64,000 nucleotides of DNA, taken from assembly GCA_001563875.1 (NCBI GenBank), contig LKMN01000001.1, forward strand, positions 68,811 to 132,810, in the 5' to 3' direction. Shown here piece by piece: positions 45,799 through 56,592 of this stretch; the stretch's first letter is position 1, and every line of letters starts with the position of its first letter. Position numbers and translations under genes: made by a program. Below the pieces are notes generated by a model. It searched no databases. It was given only the letters and a program-made list of their open reading frames with translations, and was not told the origin of the DNA. This stretch comes from Nanohaloarchaea archaeon B1-Br10_U2g1 (GTDB taxonomy: Archaea; Nanohalarchaeota; Nanosalinia; Nanosalinales; Nanosalinaceae).

Positions 45799-48729
45799 AT
45801 GTCTAACACTGTTACGAACGAAGAATTCAGGTTACCTGTGAAAAGAGTAACCGGAGAAACTGTTGAAGAAAGACTAACTGAAAATGCTTACAAAAGAATC
45901 CTGCCGGCAAGATACCTCCTCAAAGACGAGGACGGAAACGTTGTCGAAACAGTCGAGGAGATGTTCGAACGTGTCGCAAAAAACGTGGCACAGCCGGACA
46001 AAGAGTACGAAGATGTGGAGTACGAGGAGTCGTGGAAAGAGTTCTACGACATGATGACCAACCTCGAGTTCATGCCTAACTCCCCAACCCTCATGAACGC
46101 AGGAGCAGAACTACAACAACTAAGTGCCTGTTTCGTGGTCCATCCGGAAGACGATATGGACTCAATCTTCAACAAGGTCCATCACGCCGCAAAGATCTTT
46201 CAGAGCGGAGGAGGAATGGGATACCCCTTCCACCTACTAAGACCTAAAGGAGATACCGTATCAAGCACAGGAGGAATTGCATCAGGACCATTAAGCTTCC
46301 AACAGGTCTTCGACACCATGTGCGGAACTATCAAACAGGGAGGTAAGAGAAGAGGCGCACAGATGGGAATCATGCGTGTCGACCACCCTGATATCCTGAG
46401 ATTTATCGTAGCTAAGAGAAAGGAAGGAAACCTATCCAACTTCAACATCTCAGTAGGAATAACCGACGACTTCATGGAAGCAGTCACAATGGATGAAGAT
46501 TACACACTGATCAACCCGAGAACCGGAGAACCTTTCACGGTCTCACAGCAGACCGCAGAGTTCTACAACTCGGATGAAGACTGGTATCCTGAAGCAGCGG
46601 GTTCAGACTCAGGTAAAGACGACAATTTCTGGAGAGACTTCGCACACACCTTCTCAGATGAGGCAAAAGACTTCAATATAGAGCTGGAACCCGGAGAAGA
46701 GATGAAGCTTCCAGCAAGATTTATCTGGGAGACACTTATCGACGGTGCATGGAGGAACGGGGAGCCAGGGCTGTTCATGTACGATGAAGCCAACAAACAA
46801 CACAGCTTCGATGTAGAAAAACATCCGGAACACAGGATAGAAGCAACAAATCCTTGTGGAGAACAGCCTTTAGAAAACTATGAGGCATGTAACCTAGGAC
46901 ACATCAACCTAAGTCTTCTAGCAGAAGACCACGGAGACGGAAAAGGACTTAACTGGCAGGAATGGAAGAAAGAAAACACAGAATACGACTACACCACACA
47001 GGAAGGTCTTGAGAAGGCAATGAACGCCTTCATGCAGGAAGCTCTCCGAATGGACAAGTTTGAAGAAGTAGCGAAGACAGGAACACGTTTCCTAGACAAC
47101 GTTGTAACCATGTCCGACTTCCCACTAGAAGAAATCGAAGAAAAAGTAACAAGCCTCAGAAAAATAGGCTTAGGTCTTATGGGATTCGCACAGTTAATGA
47201 TGCAGCTAGGAATCCGTTACGGAAGCGACGAATCAATCGTAGCAGCAAAAGAGATTCAGAGACTAATTACTCTGTTCTCAATCGAAGAAAGCAACCGTCT
47301 TGCGGACGTAAGAGGAACCTTCACAGAATGGGAAGACAGCAAATGGGCGAACCCGACAGATCACGAAGAATGGTTCGAACAGTACACAGGAGGACTCAAC
47401 GCCTCAGAATTTGAAGATGGACTGAATATGAGAAATCACAACACCGTTACGATAGCACCGACAGGAACAACCTCGATGATAGGAAACACCTCTGGAGGAT
47501 GTGAACCTGTCTACTCTCTTGCCTACTTCAAGAACGTGGCGAAAGACATCCAGGGAGAAGACATGCTTGTAGAGTTCGATGACTACTTCATCAGAGCACT
47601 AAAAGCCAACGGGATTGATGTAGAACAAGTAAAGGAAGAAGCAGAGAAACTAATGAGAAACAACGAATGGGAAGGAGTAGAAAGCATTTCAGATGATGTA
47701 CTTCCTCCACAGATCAAGAAACTGTTTGTAACCACAAACGACATCAAAGCAGAAGAACACGTAAGGATTCAGGCAGCATTCCAGCAACACAACCACTCAG
47801 CGATCTCCAAAACATGTAACTTCCCCAACGAAGCCACAAGAGAAGACGTCAGAGAAGCCTACAGACTAGCATACGAACTAGGAATCAAAGGCATGACAGT
47901 CTACAGAGACGGAACAAGAGACGTACAAGTACTCCAAACCAACCAAGAAAACACCTTAACCGACATGGACAAGGTTGACGTTATCTCAGAACTGATCGAG
48001 GAAGAAGGAGGACTAGAAGAACTAGTCTCCTCACAAGAGTTCGCAGAAGCAGCAGGATTCGAAGAAGAAACCGGATTAGTAATCAAGACAGAAGACCAAC
48101 TAGAAGAGAAAGAAGAACTGGAGAAAGAAGTAACACAGGAAAACATTGAAGCCGACACAGAAGGCTCCGGTAAAAACACAAGTATGGGAGAAAGCGGTAG
48201 AGTCAAAGAAAGACCAAAAGTCGCAACAGGAACTACACAAGAAATCGAAACCGCTTACGGCGACCTATACGTCACAATCAACAACTCCAAACACAACGGA
48301 CCGATCGAGGTATTCGCAAGAGTCGGAAAAGGAGGAGGCTATACACAGAGCTTTACAGAAGCACTAGGAAGAACAATAAGCCTCTCACTCAGAAGCGGGG
48401 CAGACGCAGAAGACGTCATCAAACAGCTTGATGACATCCGAAGCCCTCAGATCTCATGGGATCAGGGAACACAAATCCATTCAGTGCCTGACGCAATAGC
48501 AGAAGCGATGAAAAGGCATACCAACAGCAGCCAAGGATCACAGCAAACCGTTGAAACCTACGCAGAAAACAAGGCCGTAACAAAGCCTAAAACAGAGACA
48601 GAAGAACAAGCAGACACCGCAGCAATCATCAGCGACGGCGACAACCCGGAATGCCCAGAATGTGGAGGCATGCTCGAACTACAGGAAGGATGCAAGAAGT
48701 GTCCTAGCTGTGGTTGGAGCAAATGCTGA
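45799..48729 (+). CDS. nrdJ: Class II adenosylcobalamin-dependent ribonucleotide reductase
   Basis: [38 protein letters not shown], and a C-terminal TSCPD-like domain plus Zn ribbon. Confidence 0.95.
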   Translation: MSNTVTNEEFRLPVKRVTGETVEERLTENAYKRILPARYLLKDEDGNVVETVEEMFERVAKNVAQPDKEYEDVEYEESWKEFYDMMTNLEFMPNSPTLMNAGAELQQLSACFVVHPEDDMDSIFNKVHHAAKIFQSGGGMGYPFHLLRPKGDTVSSTGGIASGPLSFQQVFDTMCGTIKQGGKRRGAQMGIMRVDHPDILRFIVAKRKEGNLSNFNISVGITDDFMEAVTMDEDYTLINPRTGEPFTVSQQTAEFYNSDEDWYPEAAGSDSGKDDNFWRDFAHTFSDEAKDFNIELEPGEEMKLPARFIWETLIDGAWRNGEPGLFMYDEANKQHSFDVEKHPEHRIEATNPCGEQPLENYEACNLGHINLSLLAEDHGDGKGLNWQEWKKENTEYDYTTQEGLEKAMNAFMQEALRMDKFEEVAKTGTRFLDNVVTMSDFPLEEIEEKVTSLRKIGLGLMGFAQLMMQLGIRYGSDESIVAAKEIQRLITLFSIEESNRLADVRGTFTEWEDSKWANPTDHEEWFEQYTGGLNASEFEDGLNMRNHNTVTIAPTGTTSMIGNTSGGCEPVYSLAYFKNVAKDIQGEDMLVEFDDYFIRALKANGIDVEQVKEEAEKLMRNNEWEGVESISDDVLPPQIKKLFVTTNDIKAEEHVRIQAAFQQHNHSAISKTCNFPNEATREDVREAYRLAYELGIKGMTVYRDGTRDVQVLQTNQENTLTDMDKVDVISELIEEEGGLEELVSSQEFAEAAGFEEETGLVIKTEDQLEEKEELEKEVTQENIEADTEGSGKNTSMGESGRVKERPKVATGTTQEIETAYGDLYVTINNSKHNGPIEVFARVGKGGGYTQSFTEALGRTISLSLRSGADAEDVIKQLDDIRSPQISWDQGTQIHSVPDAIAEAMKRHTNSSQGSQQTVETYAENKAVTKPKTETEEQADTAAIISDGDNPECPECGGMLELQEGCKKCPSCGWSKC

Positions 48730-48742
48730 GGAGGATAAAAAG

Positions 48743-49009
48743 ATGGAGTTATACTGGTTCAAAGAAGGAAAACAGGAAGAAATAGTCTCTGGTTTAGAAG
48801 AGAAGAGAGATTCAGAGTATCTCTCAATGAACAAGATTCCTGATTACGAGCAGAGGGACCTTGTTCCGGGTCTTGATCTTTATCATGACCCTCAGTATCT
48901 GACGGTAGCGACGACACCTGAATCCCATCAGGTAACTATCAGTCAGTCACTTGAACAAGTAGATCTGAGTGAGTGGACTCAAAACATTTACCAAAGTCTC
49001 AACGACTAA
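48743..49009 (+). CDS. Hypothetical protein
   Basis: 88 aa with a strong GAGGAGG SD upstream. Confidence 0.65.
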   Translation: MELYWFKEGKQEEIVSGLEEKRDSEYLSMNKIPDYEQRDLVPGLDLYHDPQYLTVATTPESHQVTISQSLEQVDLSEWTQNIYQSLND

Positions 49010-49073
49010 AGGTTTAGCCAGCCAAACTGGCTATATCTCCTTATTTTTGACTTTAGAACGTATACTAATGTTT

Positions 49074-49637
49074 TTATTCTGTATTAAGTTCTAGAGTAGA
49101 TCTATTTTTTATCGACCAGTTAACACTGTTACCTTTCTCCAAGTCCATCATTGCGGCCAGTGTTTCCGGTATTTGAATAGATAAAAAACCTCTACGGCCT
49201 GATTCTTCGACTTCGGCTTTTCCGCGGTTTGTAGAGCTTGGACGGGCTAGGCTGTAGGCTTCTAGTTTGTCAGAGTTCATTTTTTCTGTGATGCCTTTAT
49301 TACTGTCTGTAAACCAGATTTCACAGTTCACGTCTCGAAAGTCTTTCAGCCATTTCAGCTGGCTGTGTCTTAGACCGTCTCCTTCTCCCTTTACTTCTAT
49401 GAAGGTGTAGTCTCCATTGTCGTCAAAGGCCAAGAAGTCAGGTACTCCTGGACGGAAGATGGTTCCTAGATTTTCAACTCCTTCCTGCCGCACCTTCTGG
49501 TTCACTATATCACATAGATGTGGATACTCTTCTTCGAACTGTTCGATCGCTCTGGGAGTTGTACGTAGATAGTTGTCCCAGTTAGCTTCTATCTTGTCTA
49601 AAGCAATTTCCTCTGTGGAAGTGATTCTGTCTCGCAT
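49074..49637 (-). CDS. VRR-NUC (PD-(D/E)xK) nuclease with C-terminal AbrB-like segment
   Basis: PGVPDF...FIEVKGEGDGLRHSQLKW. C-terminal SIQIPETLAAMMDLEKGNSVNW. Confidence 0.85.
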   Translation of the reverse strand: MRDRITSTEEIALDKIEANWDNYLRTTPRAIEQFEEEYPHLCDIVNQKVRQEGVENLGTIFRPGVPDFLAFDDNGDYTFIEVKGEGDGLRHSQLKWLKDFRDVNCEIWFTDSNKGITEKMNSDKLEAYSLARPSSTNRGKAEVEESGRRGFLSIQIPETLAAMMDLEKGNSVNWSIKNRSTLELNTE

Positions 49638-49703
49638 TAAGAACTTTTGAGAGTTTAGTTTAAAATTTTTAAGCTTCTACCCCCTTATTTCTGAAGCCAG
49701 GGT

Positions 49704-50456
49704 TTACTCTTCGTAGTCTTCTTGATCAGTGGTCGGTAGATGTAACTGCTCAACTCTTTCCTCCTCTAGGTTTATTCCGTCCCACTCATGGTAGTCTTTT
49801 ATGGCTTCTATCTCTTTTAGCTCTTTTTCTTTTCTGGATAGATACTCTATACCTTTTCCTGTCAGCTGTTCCAGTTCTCTCTGATATCTTAGTATATTAG
49901 CTTTGTCGGAATCACTGTGCTGTAGATCTTCAGTTATCTCGAAACTGTTACTGGCCATACCTGGTCTGTACTCTAGGTTCACAGGCTCGCCTATAAGATT
50001 GAGCTCTACTGTAGGAGACCTAGATTCTAGATGGTTTGCAGCTTCCTCAAGCGTTTCTCCTGCTTCTAAGCCGTAAACTCTTGTGACTGCAGGATATTCT
50101 TCTCTTTCAAGGTCTTCTAAAGTCTCCCTTATCTCGTGCATATGTGTTCCATAGTTGTTCATCACTGTTGCTAGAGGAATCTTTTCATGTTCCAGGTCTT
50201 CAAGACTTGATACATCTTCTCTGTCTTTGACTGTTGCAAATCCGGTTAGAGGTATCTGGTTGAACGCTCTCTCTATCTCTGTATCCTGTGAGTTATATCC
50301 GACGACATACTCAATGTTGTCTTCTAAACCTATACTTTCTTTGTGTCTCTCTATCTCTAACATAGCCTCTTTTAGGCCGTTTAAAGAGATATTTTCTGAG
50401 TCATAAGGGATTTCAACGTTCATGTCTTCCATATTTGTTACGAATGTATATATCAT
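49704..50456 (-). CDS. Hypothetical protein
   Basis: 250-aa acidic ORF, SD GGAGG upstream, adjacent to the upstream stop. Confidence 0.7.
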   Translation of the reverse strand: MIYTFVTNMEDMNVEIPYDSENISLNGLKEAMLEIERHKESIGLEDNIEYVVGYNSQDTEIERAFNQIPLTGFATVKDREDVSSLEDLEHEKIPLATVMNNYGTHMHEIRETLEDLEREEYPAVTRVYGLEAGETLEEAANHLESRSPTVELNLIGEPVNLEYRPGMASNSFEITEDLQHSDSDKANILRYQRELEQLTGKGIEYLSRKEKELKEIEAIKDYHEWDGINLEEERVEQLHLPTTDQEDYEE

Positions 50457-50457
50457 T

Positions 50458-51306
50458 TTATGTCCTCCATTTGTCTGCTATTCTGTCATCTATACATGTT
50501 TTGATATCGTAGTCTTCAGGGTTCTGTGTAAGTAGTTTGTATCCTCCGTTCACCATGTTCAGCCTGTCGTTTGAGTAGTCTATATTTACAAAGTAGTCTA
50601 TTATTCTTGCATCTCTGGCCATTTTAACGAAGTTTGAGACTTCGTTAAGCGCATCATTGCCTCTTCTCTTACCTAGGTACTCTTTACCTGTTATCTCAAC
50701 TGTTTTGTTTGACTCTAGTTCTGTCAGATAGTTGTTCTGCTCTATCTTATTAGCCTTCTCTTTGAAGGTGTGAGGATGCCAGTCTCTGACTTTGATAGGC
50801 GCTGTTGGTACGGTCTCTCTGGCTGTAACATAGATTAGTTCCAGGAGTTCGGGGTCCGCTCTTCCTATGCTTTCTTCGGCCTCTCCTGCGTACTTTGTAA
50901 GAGCAGTTGTTCCTGACCATGGGTTCTCTGTCTGCGCTATTACTGTTCCTGTGCTGCTCTCTTCTAACCACGGGATCCATGCTCGACAGACGTCCCCGCT
51001 TTCTGTGTTTATATCTATCAGTCCCTACTCTACATCCATACTTACTTCGGTGTAGAAGGTGCTTTCTATTATGTCCTTAACTGCTTGGTGGTAGGTGAAG
51101 CTCTCTATATCTGGGTCTTCAATAGTTTCTGAATCTATTATGAAGTCGTATTCTGTATCGTCTAAGTTGATAGCGTCTAATGGAGTTACTTCCTGGTTTT
51201 TTAGGGCTTTGAAGACGGATTCTTCAGTGACTCTGCTTATCTCTTCATCTAGGTATTTCTGTACGTATTTGTCATGTTCTTTTCTAGGGTTTGTGAATCC
51301 TGCCAT
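50458..51306 (-). pseudogene. 283-codon reading frame interrupted by a single in-frame TAG (51025-51027)
   Basis: The frame stays open for 188 more sense codons after the TAG and ends at TAA 50458-50460, immediately before the next gene. Confidence 0.75.
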
Positions 51307-51397
51307 CAAGCATTACTGTTTTACACCACCAGATTTATATATGACTCAACAGTAGCAAATCCTAATTAATAAGTATTTAATACATATAGGGTATTAC

Positions 51398-52024
51398 GTG
51401 TTAGATAACAGTCTTGACTCATTAGTACACCGACATCTCTCAGAAAGAGGAACAGAAAACGAACACGAGTACCTCTGGTTTGTAGCCGGAGAAGAACTAG
51501 AGGGAGACCCAGTCAGTCTCGATGTATTCATAGACGAAAGAACCCTCACAGTCGCATCAGACACTTCAGTAAACCTCAGAGAATTTTTTGAAGCAGTAGA
51601 AGCCTGGTACCCCGTAAAAGGAAGAAAAGCAGACACCTATTCAGTCAGAAACGGCGAGTGGAGACAGGACCGGCCCAAAGATGTTTTAACAGATACAGAA
51701 GAAGTAGAACATTTTGACTTCCATTTCTACGACGACTTTGACTACTTCAGAATATGTATATCCGACTACGAAGTACCGAAGGAAGACCTTCCTGATAGAG
51801 AAGTAAGCATGACTGTCGAGTACGACAATGCAGACAATCAGTCAGGACCTGATGTCCTAGAACCTCTTATAACGGTTTTCCCCAATACCTTAGGAGATGA
51901 GGTGTCAGAAAAAGCTAAATACCAAGCCGTTACAGATATATTGAAATACGTTAACAGCTCAAGAGACTTTCAAAGATCTTATGACGCCCTAAACGGTTTT
52001 AAACCGGAGATATTCAGGTACTGA
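51398..52024 (+). CDS. Hypothetical protein
   Basis: 208-aa acidic ORF with TATA-like sequence upstream. Confidence 0.7.
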   Translation: MLDNSLDSLVHRHLSERGTENEHEYLWFVAGEELEGDPVSLDVFIDERTLTVASDTSVNLREFFEAVEAWYPVKGRKADTYSVRNGEWRQDRPKDVLTDTEEVEHFDFHFYDDFDYFRICISDYEVPKEDLPDREVSMTVEYDNADNQSGPDVLEPLITVFPNTLGDEVSEKAKYQAVTDILKYVNSSRDFQRSYDALNGFKPEIFRY

Positions 52025-52072
52025 CCTCTATAGCCACAAGAAACTTAACTTTCTATACCAGGATAACTCAAT

Positions 52073-52426
52073 ATGCTCTTTGAAGAAGTATTGGCTATAA
52101 GTCTTTTAGGAGGAATAGTGTTATTAGGTGCTCTATCTTCTCTAGCCGCCTTGGCTGTTGTTATATACGCCCTCTACCACGTACTGATAAAACAGGAAGA
52201 AATGAGAGCCGAAGAAAAAATCTTATGGGCTGTAGTAATACTCTTTCTAAACCTTTTAGGCGCTCTAATCTACTTAATAATGGTTTGGTCCGGTTACACC
52301 GGGCTATATGATGAAAAAGAGCTTTCAGAGCTTGAAAGACTTGCAGATCTAAGAGAAAAAGAGGCCATAACAGAAGAAGAGTACCAAGAACTGAAGTCAG
52401 ACATTATCGAAGATATGACCGATTAA
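52073..52426 (+). CDS. Membrane protein with PLDc_N-like and SHOCT domains
   Basis: EKILWAVVILFLNLLGALIYL; ELERLADLREKEAITEEEYQELK. Confidence 0.85.
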   Translation: MLFEEVLAISLLGGIVLLGALSSLAALAVVIYALYHVLIKQEEMRAEEKILWAVVILFLNLLGALIYLIMVWSGYTGLYDEKELSELERLADLREKEAITEEEYQELKSDIIEDMTD

Positions 52427-52478
52427 GGTGTTATAACTTCAAAGAAAGTTTAAGGAGCCATCAAGTTGGAGGAAAATT

Positions 52479-53480
52479 TTACAGATCATCAAAGTTCTGC
52501 GTGAAGACCTCCGTTATCGTCTTTGTGAGTCCAAAGATTACCGGTCCAATAAACAGGCCTACTGCTCCAAAGATGTATACTCCGCCTATAACCCCTATAA
52601 GTATAGCTGCTGGTTCAAGCTCTGCTTTCCTATCTACCATGTAAGGTCTCAAAAGATTATCAGCTAGGGAGATCACTATGAGTCCATAAAGCATCAGGAA
52701 TATACCTGCCCCTATATCACCCATAAGCAGTAGGTAGATTCCTGCCGGAGCCCAGATAAGGAAAGCTCCTACTACAGGTATGAAACATAGAATTATCATG
52801 ATGAAGGTCCAGAAAAACACGTTTGGTACTCCTGCGATGTACAGACCTATACCTCCTATTAGTCCTTCAATAACTGCTACAAGCACATGGCCTTTCAGAA
52901 CAGCGTTTGTCATTATTTCCGCCCTACTGTACATCTGTTCCTGTATACCACTGTTTACAGGGGTGACAGATTTAATCCAGCCGTGAAGTCTCCCTCCATC
53001 TTTCAGCAGGTAGAACAGTGAGAAAAACATTACGAGCATTCCAATTGCGATTGATGTTAACGCACCCACGACCTGTGAGACTCCTCCTAGAGCGATATTT
53101 GTAAAGGATTCAAAGAAGTCCTGTAACTCCTGTTCTATATTCAGTTCTTGTCCTGTAATATCCTGTATACGGTCCTCTATAGCCCCGAAGTCAACTACCT
53201 CGGTATCGTCTATATTATCAACTAGCTCCAGTGCGTCAGTGGCTACTGTTCCAACAGCTAAAGCAAAAGGTATAGCAATCATAACTGTGAAGCCTATAAT
53301 TATCAGTATTGCAGAGATGTCTTTTCCGAAATACGGTTCAAGATGGTTCTGAATAGGTTTTAAAATGAATGCGAGAATCATGGCGCTAATTATGTAGGTA
53401 AGAAACGGCGCCAGCATTAGAAGAGATAGCAGTAGGAAGAATGCTGCTGCTCCACCAAGAAAATTTCTCTGCATACTCAT
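52479..53480 (-). CDS. AI-2E family transporter
   Basis: FYLLKDG, FIPVVG, DNLLRP, GGVYIFGAVGLFIGP. Confidence 0.92.
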   Translation of the reverse strand: MSMQRNFLGGAAAFFLLLSLLMLAPFLTYIISAMILAFILKPIQNHLEPYFGKDISAILIIIGFTVMIAIPFALAVGTVATDALELVDNIDDTEVVDFGAIEDRIQDITGQELNIEQELQDFFESFTNIALGGVSQVVGALTSIAIGMLVMFFSLFYLLKDGGRLHGWIKSVTPVNSGIQEQMYSRAEIMTNAVLKGHVLVAVIEGLIGGIGLYIAGVPNVFFWTFIMIILCFIPVVGAFLIWAPAGIYLLLMGDIGAGIFLMLYGLIVISLADNLLRPYMVDRKAELEPAAILIGVIGGVYIFGAVGLFIGPVIFGLTKTITEVFTQNFDDL

Positions 53481-53544
53481 TATAGTTTAACTTGGTAGAC
53501 CCAAAGTTAAGTGTTTCCTGTTTCAGTATAGCATATATGATGTT

Positions 53545-53877
53545 TTACTGAATATCGTCTATCTTCTCTATATGCTCATCTCTAAGACCAAAATCCACGG
53601 AACCTGTGTACTTGTCGCTTTCAAAGACCTCTCTTAATCTTTGTCTTTCTCTAACCGGTAGCTCCACAGGGTCATTGACAGCTTCATTCTCGAGATAAGC
53701 AAATAGACGTGTCTCGTTTTCACTCCCATACTCAACATAAACTACACCGGTGTTACGGCTTAGAGACTCGTAGCCAGGTCTAGCATCTATACCCTGAACG
53801 CCTCTATAACCGTCATCCGGTTCAAGGTTTTCGGCGATTGTCTTACCAAGTTCCTGTGTTGGACTGTCCTGTTGCAT
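53545..53877 (-). CDS. Hypothetical protein
   Basis: 110-aa acidic ORF. Confidence 0.65.
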   Translation of the reverse strand: MQQDSPTQELGKTIAENLEPDDGYRGVQGIDARPGYESLSRNTGVVYVEYGSENETRLFAYLENEAVNDPVELPVRERQRLREVFESDKYTGSVDFGLRDEHIEKIDDIQ

Positions 53878-53933
53878 AGAGAGATTATCTAAAGATCTCG
53901 GACATAAATATTATCACAGAAAGAAGTAAGGGT

Positions 53934-54617
53934 TCAACCATCGTACTTTAGACATTTGACTTCTGGCGAGATTAGATCAAGATCTTCAGCAACCGTTTTT
54001 AGCAAATCCGCGTAAGCAGGATCGGCATGGTAAAAATGAGCCTCTCTGCCTCTAGGATAATCTACACTGGTTTCAACAGCTATATCTCCGATTAAAGGTT
54101 CAGGATCCCCATCAAAATCAAGTTTTTCTCCCTTAACATATATTTCGGAAGTCGCTTCCAATTTATCCTCTTCATAGTTAATAGGAAGACTAAGCAAAGA
54201 GTTAACAACGTTTTTGGGGTTACCTGATTCTATACCAAGGTCCTCCAGGATTTTTTCTGAGGACTCCTCGGTTATATCGCCTAGTGATTTCTCCTTGTTG
54301 TACTGCCACGGCCTAATCTTGGATCCTGGCATTACGCTGTCGAAAGGGAGTTCATAACTTTTGGCCGGCTCATGTAAACCTATTTCCTCCGAGTGTTGTT
54401 CCGTTGCGTATACTACGATCTTGTTGTCTGATGTCTTGTAGCCAGCAAGCGTCTTGAAACCTTCTAAAGCGTTTTTACCTCGCGCACCAAACTCTACAGC
54501 ATCGCTTCTTCTTTCTAATAATTCTACGCGTTTGCCATCCACAACTCCTCTGTTAATATCCAGCTCCTGATAGTCGTCTAGGTCGAAGGTATGTTCTTCA
54601 AGAATCATTTCCAACAC
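53934..54617 (-). CDS. Hypothetical protein
   Basis: 227-aa acidic ORF. Confidence 0.65.
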   Translation of the reverse strand: MLEMILEEHTFDLDDYQELDINRGVVDGKRVELLERRSDAVEFGARGKNALEGFKTLAGYKTSDNKIVVYATEQHSEEIGLHEPAKSYELPFDSVMPGSKIRPWQYNKEKSLGDITEESSEKILEDLGIESGNPKNVVNSLLSLPINYEEDKLEATSEIYVKGEKLDFDGDPEPLIGDIAVETSVDYPRGREAHFYHADPAYADLLKTVAEDLDLISPEVKCLKYDG

Positions 54618-54675
54618 TTAAGTGATATTGACCGGTAACCGATACTTATCGATTTATCCGGAGTAGTCCATACTT

Positions 54676-54972
54676 TCAGTTCAGATAGTACTTTAAAATA
54701 CCGTAGAACATCATAGGTACTGGTAAGGCTCCTGCAACAGACACGAGGCCTACAAATCTAACTCCCTCAACCTTCTTACCATAAACGGAAAACGTAACGG
54801 ACAGAAGGCCGCCTAAAGGCATAGTCACCATCAGAACCATTATATCAAGAAGAGGGTTAGGGCCGTATAAAGCCAAATAAACTGTTCCTAATAGCGCTCC
54901 TAGAACTACTTGTAGTACAAAAGATACTGTACCGATTTTAGTAAGTTCGAAGCCCTTTGTCTTACTGTTCAT
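54676..54972 (-). CDS. Small membrane protein
   Basis: Three hydrophobic segments, directly downstream of tRNA-Trp. Confidence 0.65.
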   Translation of the reverse strand: MNSKTKGFELTKIGTVSFVLQVVLGALLGTVYLALYGPNPLLDIMVLMVTMPLGGLLSVTFSVYGKKVEGVRFVGLVSVAGALPVPMMFYGILKYYLN

Positions 54973-54982
54973 TATAGTAGGA

Positions 54983-55138
54983 TGGGGGCACAGGGATTTG
55001 AACCCTGATCTTCGGATATCTCCGACAAAGCCATCTTTTGTAGGCTCATATCCGTATTGTAATCATCGGCGTTGAACGCCTCATAACTCCAAACTTGTTT
55101 CTGGAGTCCGATATGATGCCAGGTTACACCATGCCCCC
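54983..55138 (-). tRNA. tRNA-Trp(CCA) with 83-nt intron (55018-55100)
   Basis: 5' exon ends TCGGA-CT CCA G; 3' exon starts ATCCGA. Bulge-helix-bulge formed by CTCC/GGAG. Confidence 0.93.
55018..55100 (-). ncRNA. Intron-encoded box C/D-like guide RNA
   Basis: TGGAGT (antisense to the anticodon loop) followed by T-ATGA; GATGATT C'-like box; CGGAT followed by ATGA. Confidence 0.7.
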
Positions 55139-55297
55139 TGGATAAAAACCGGTTGTTGGATGAAGCTTAATAATGCTTTCAACAGCTCTGTAAGTTTTAA
55201 GATCTCAAAAGCCGTCAAACCCTTTAAAATTGTGAACGCATAATATCTGCTTTCAGATAGTTCTTGCGTCTCTAAGCTGTTTTGATGTTTCTTAACC

Positions 55298-55588
55298 TTA
55301 TAGAAGCGATAATGAAGCACCTGTATATGATGCTGCTAGTAAGGAAGCCATAAGCGCCATTATAGAAATTACCTCCATGAAACTGCTCCAGTCCTCGCTA
55401 ACCGCTTCAGATATACCTGCCGAAATAAAGGCTATCGCTGCCATAACTGATACTCCTATCATGGTCCCGGCAATTTTAGGCTGTACCATCAAAGCGACAC
55501 CCGCTAAGAACATATAACCATAGAACAGAGGCTTGGATATCCTTATTAAAATATCTTTATCTGCTTCAAAATTTATCCTTTCAACCAT
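55298..55588 (-). CDS. Small membrane protein
   Basis: Three TM segments. Start trimmed to avoid overlap with the divergent gene. Confidence 0.65.
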   Translation of the reverse strand: MVERINFEADKDILIRISKPLFYGYMFLAGVALMVQPKIAGTMIGVSVMAAIAFISAGISEAVSEDWSSFMEVISIMALMASLLAASYTGASLSLL

Positions 55589-55636
55589 AAGACACATGTA
55601 AGAGTTTTCAGAGTTAGTAAATAAAACCTTAGGTAG

Positions 55637-56581
55637 ATGATAAGAAAGAAGGACGGCATACATATCTATAGAGACAGTCATCTAGTTCTTGATAGCCGTA
55701 GCTCTAAGGGTAAGACCAACTTTGTATCGCATGCCCACTCAGACCACTCACCTAGAAAAGGAGGCGAGGTAGTCTGTTCCAATCTAACTGCAGAGATACT
55801 GAGAAAACGATTCAACACAGATATACAGCCAGCGGACCAACCAAACATACAGCTACTTGAGTCAGGACATATTCTGGGTTCTTCAGCAGCACTGATAGAC
55901 GGAGAAGTACTTTACACAGGAGATGTATCGACACGGAACCGAGCGTATCTAGATGGGTTTAAGCCTGTGAAAGCTGAAGAACTGGTTATAGAGTCGACCT
56001 ACGGAATACCTGCATACACCTTTCCTGAACAAATACAAATAGAGAAACAGATACAAGACTGGATTGAAGATACGTCTGGCACAGTCTTTCTCTTCGCTTA
56101 TTCTCTAGGGAAAGCACAGAAGATACAGTACTTGGTAGAAGAAGTTGCAGAACGTCCTATCTACGCTCACAGTGCTGTGATCGAGATGAATAATGTGATA
56201 GAAGAACATACCGATCTATCTTTCAGAGCCGAGGATATGGAGAACCAGGATCTAGAAAACAGTATTGTAATAGTCCCCTCCCATCTATCACGATCAGATA
56301 AAATAAGACGTCTAGTAGATAGATACAGCGTCAAGAAGGCCGGATTCTCAGGATGGGCTGTAAAGAATTCCTACAACTACAGAGGAGGCTACGACAAAAC
56401 GTTTCCTTTTTCCGATCACTGTGACTTTAACGAACTTGTAGAATTGGTGGAAAGTGTTGACCCCGAGAAAGTTTATACGCACCATGGCTTCGACGAAGCA
56501 TTCGCTTCATATCTCCGTAAAGAGAAAGGTTTCAACGCAAGAGCACTGAAAAACAACCAAACCTCTTTGACCGAGTTCTAA
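55637..56581 (+). CDS. MBL-fold beta-CASP-type exonuclease
   Basis: SHAHSDH, SGHILGS, YTGD, ESTYG, YSLGKAQ, SDHCDF, THHG. Confidence 0.9.
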   Translation: MIRKKDGIHIYRDSHLVLDSRSSKGKTNFVSHAHSDHSPRKGGEVVCSNLTAEILRKRFNTDIQPADQPNIQLLESGHILGSSAALIDGEVLYTGDVSTRNRAYLDGFKPVKAEELVIESTYGIPAYTFPEQIQIEKQIQDWIEDTSGTVFLFAYSLGKAQKIQYLVEEVAERPIYAHSAVIEMNNVIEEHTDLSFRAEDMENQDLENSIVIVPSHLSRSDKIRRLVDRYSVKKAGFSGWAVKNSYNYRGGYDKTFPFSDHCDFNELVELVESVDPEKVYTHHGFDEAFASYLRKEKGFNARALKNNQTSLTEF

Positions 56582-56592
56582 ATCCCTTTTAT

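Noticed and set aside
46520-46720. Intein in NrdJ
   Set aside because: Short acidic insertion without Cys/Ser start, His-Asn end or endonuclease motifs.
51025-51027. Genome-wide TAG recoding or pyrrolysine
   Set aside because: TAG ends several conserved genes here (alaX, msrA, trxB), and no pyl genes are seen in the window.
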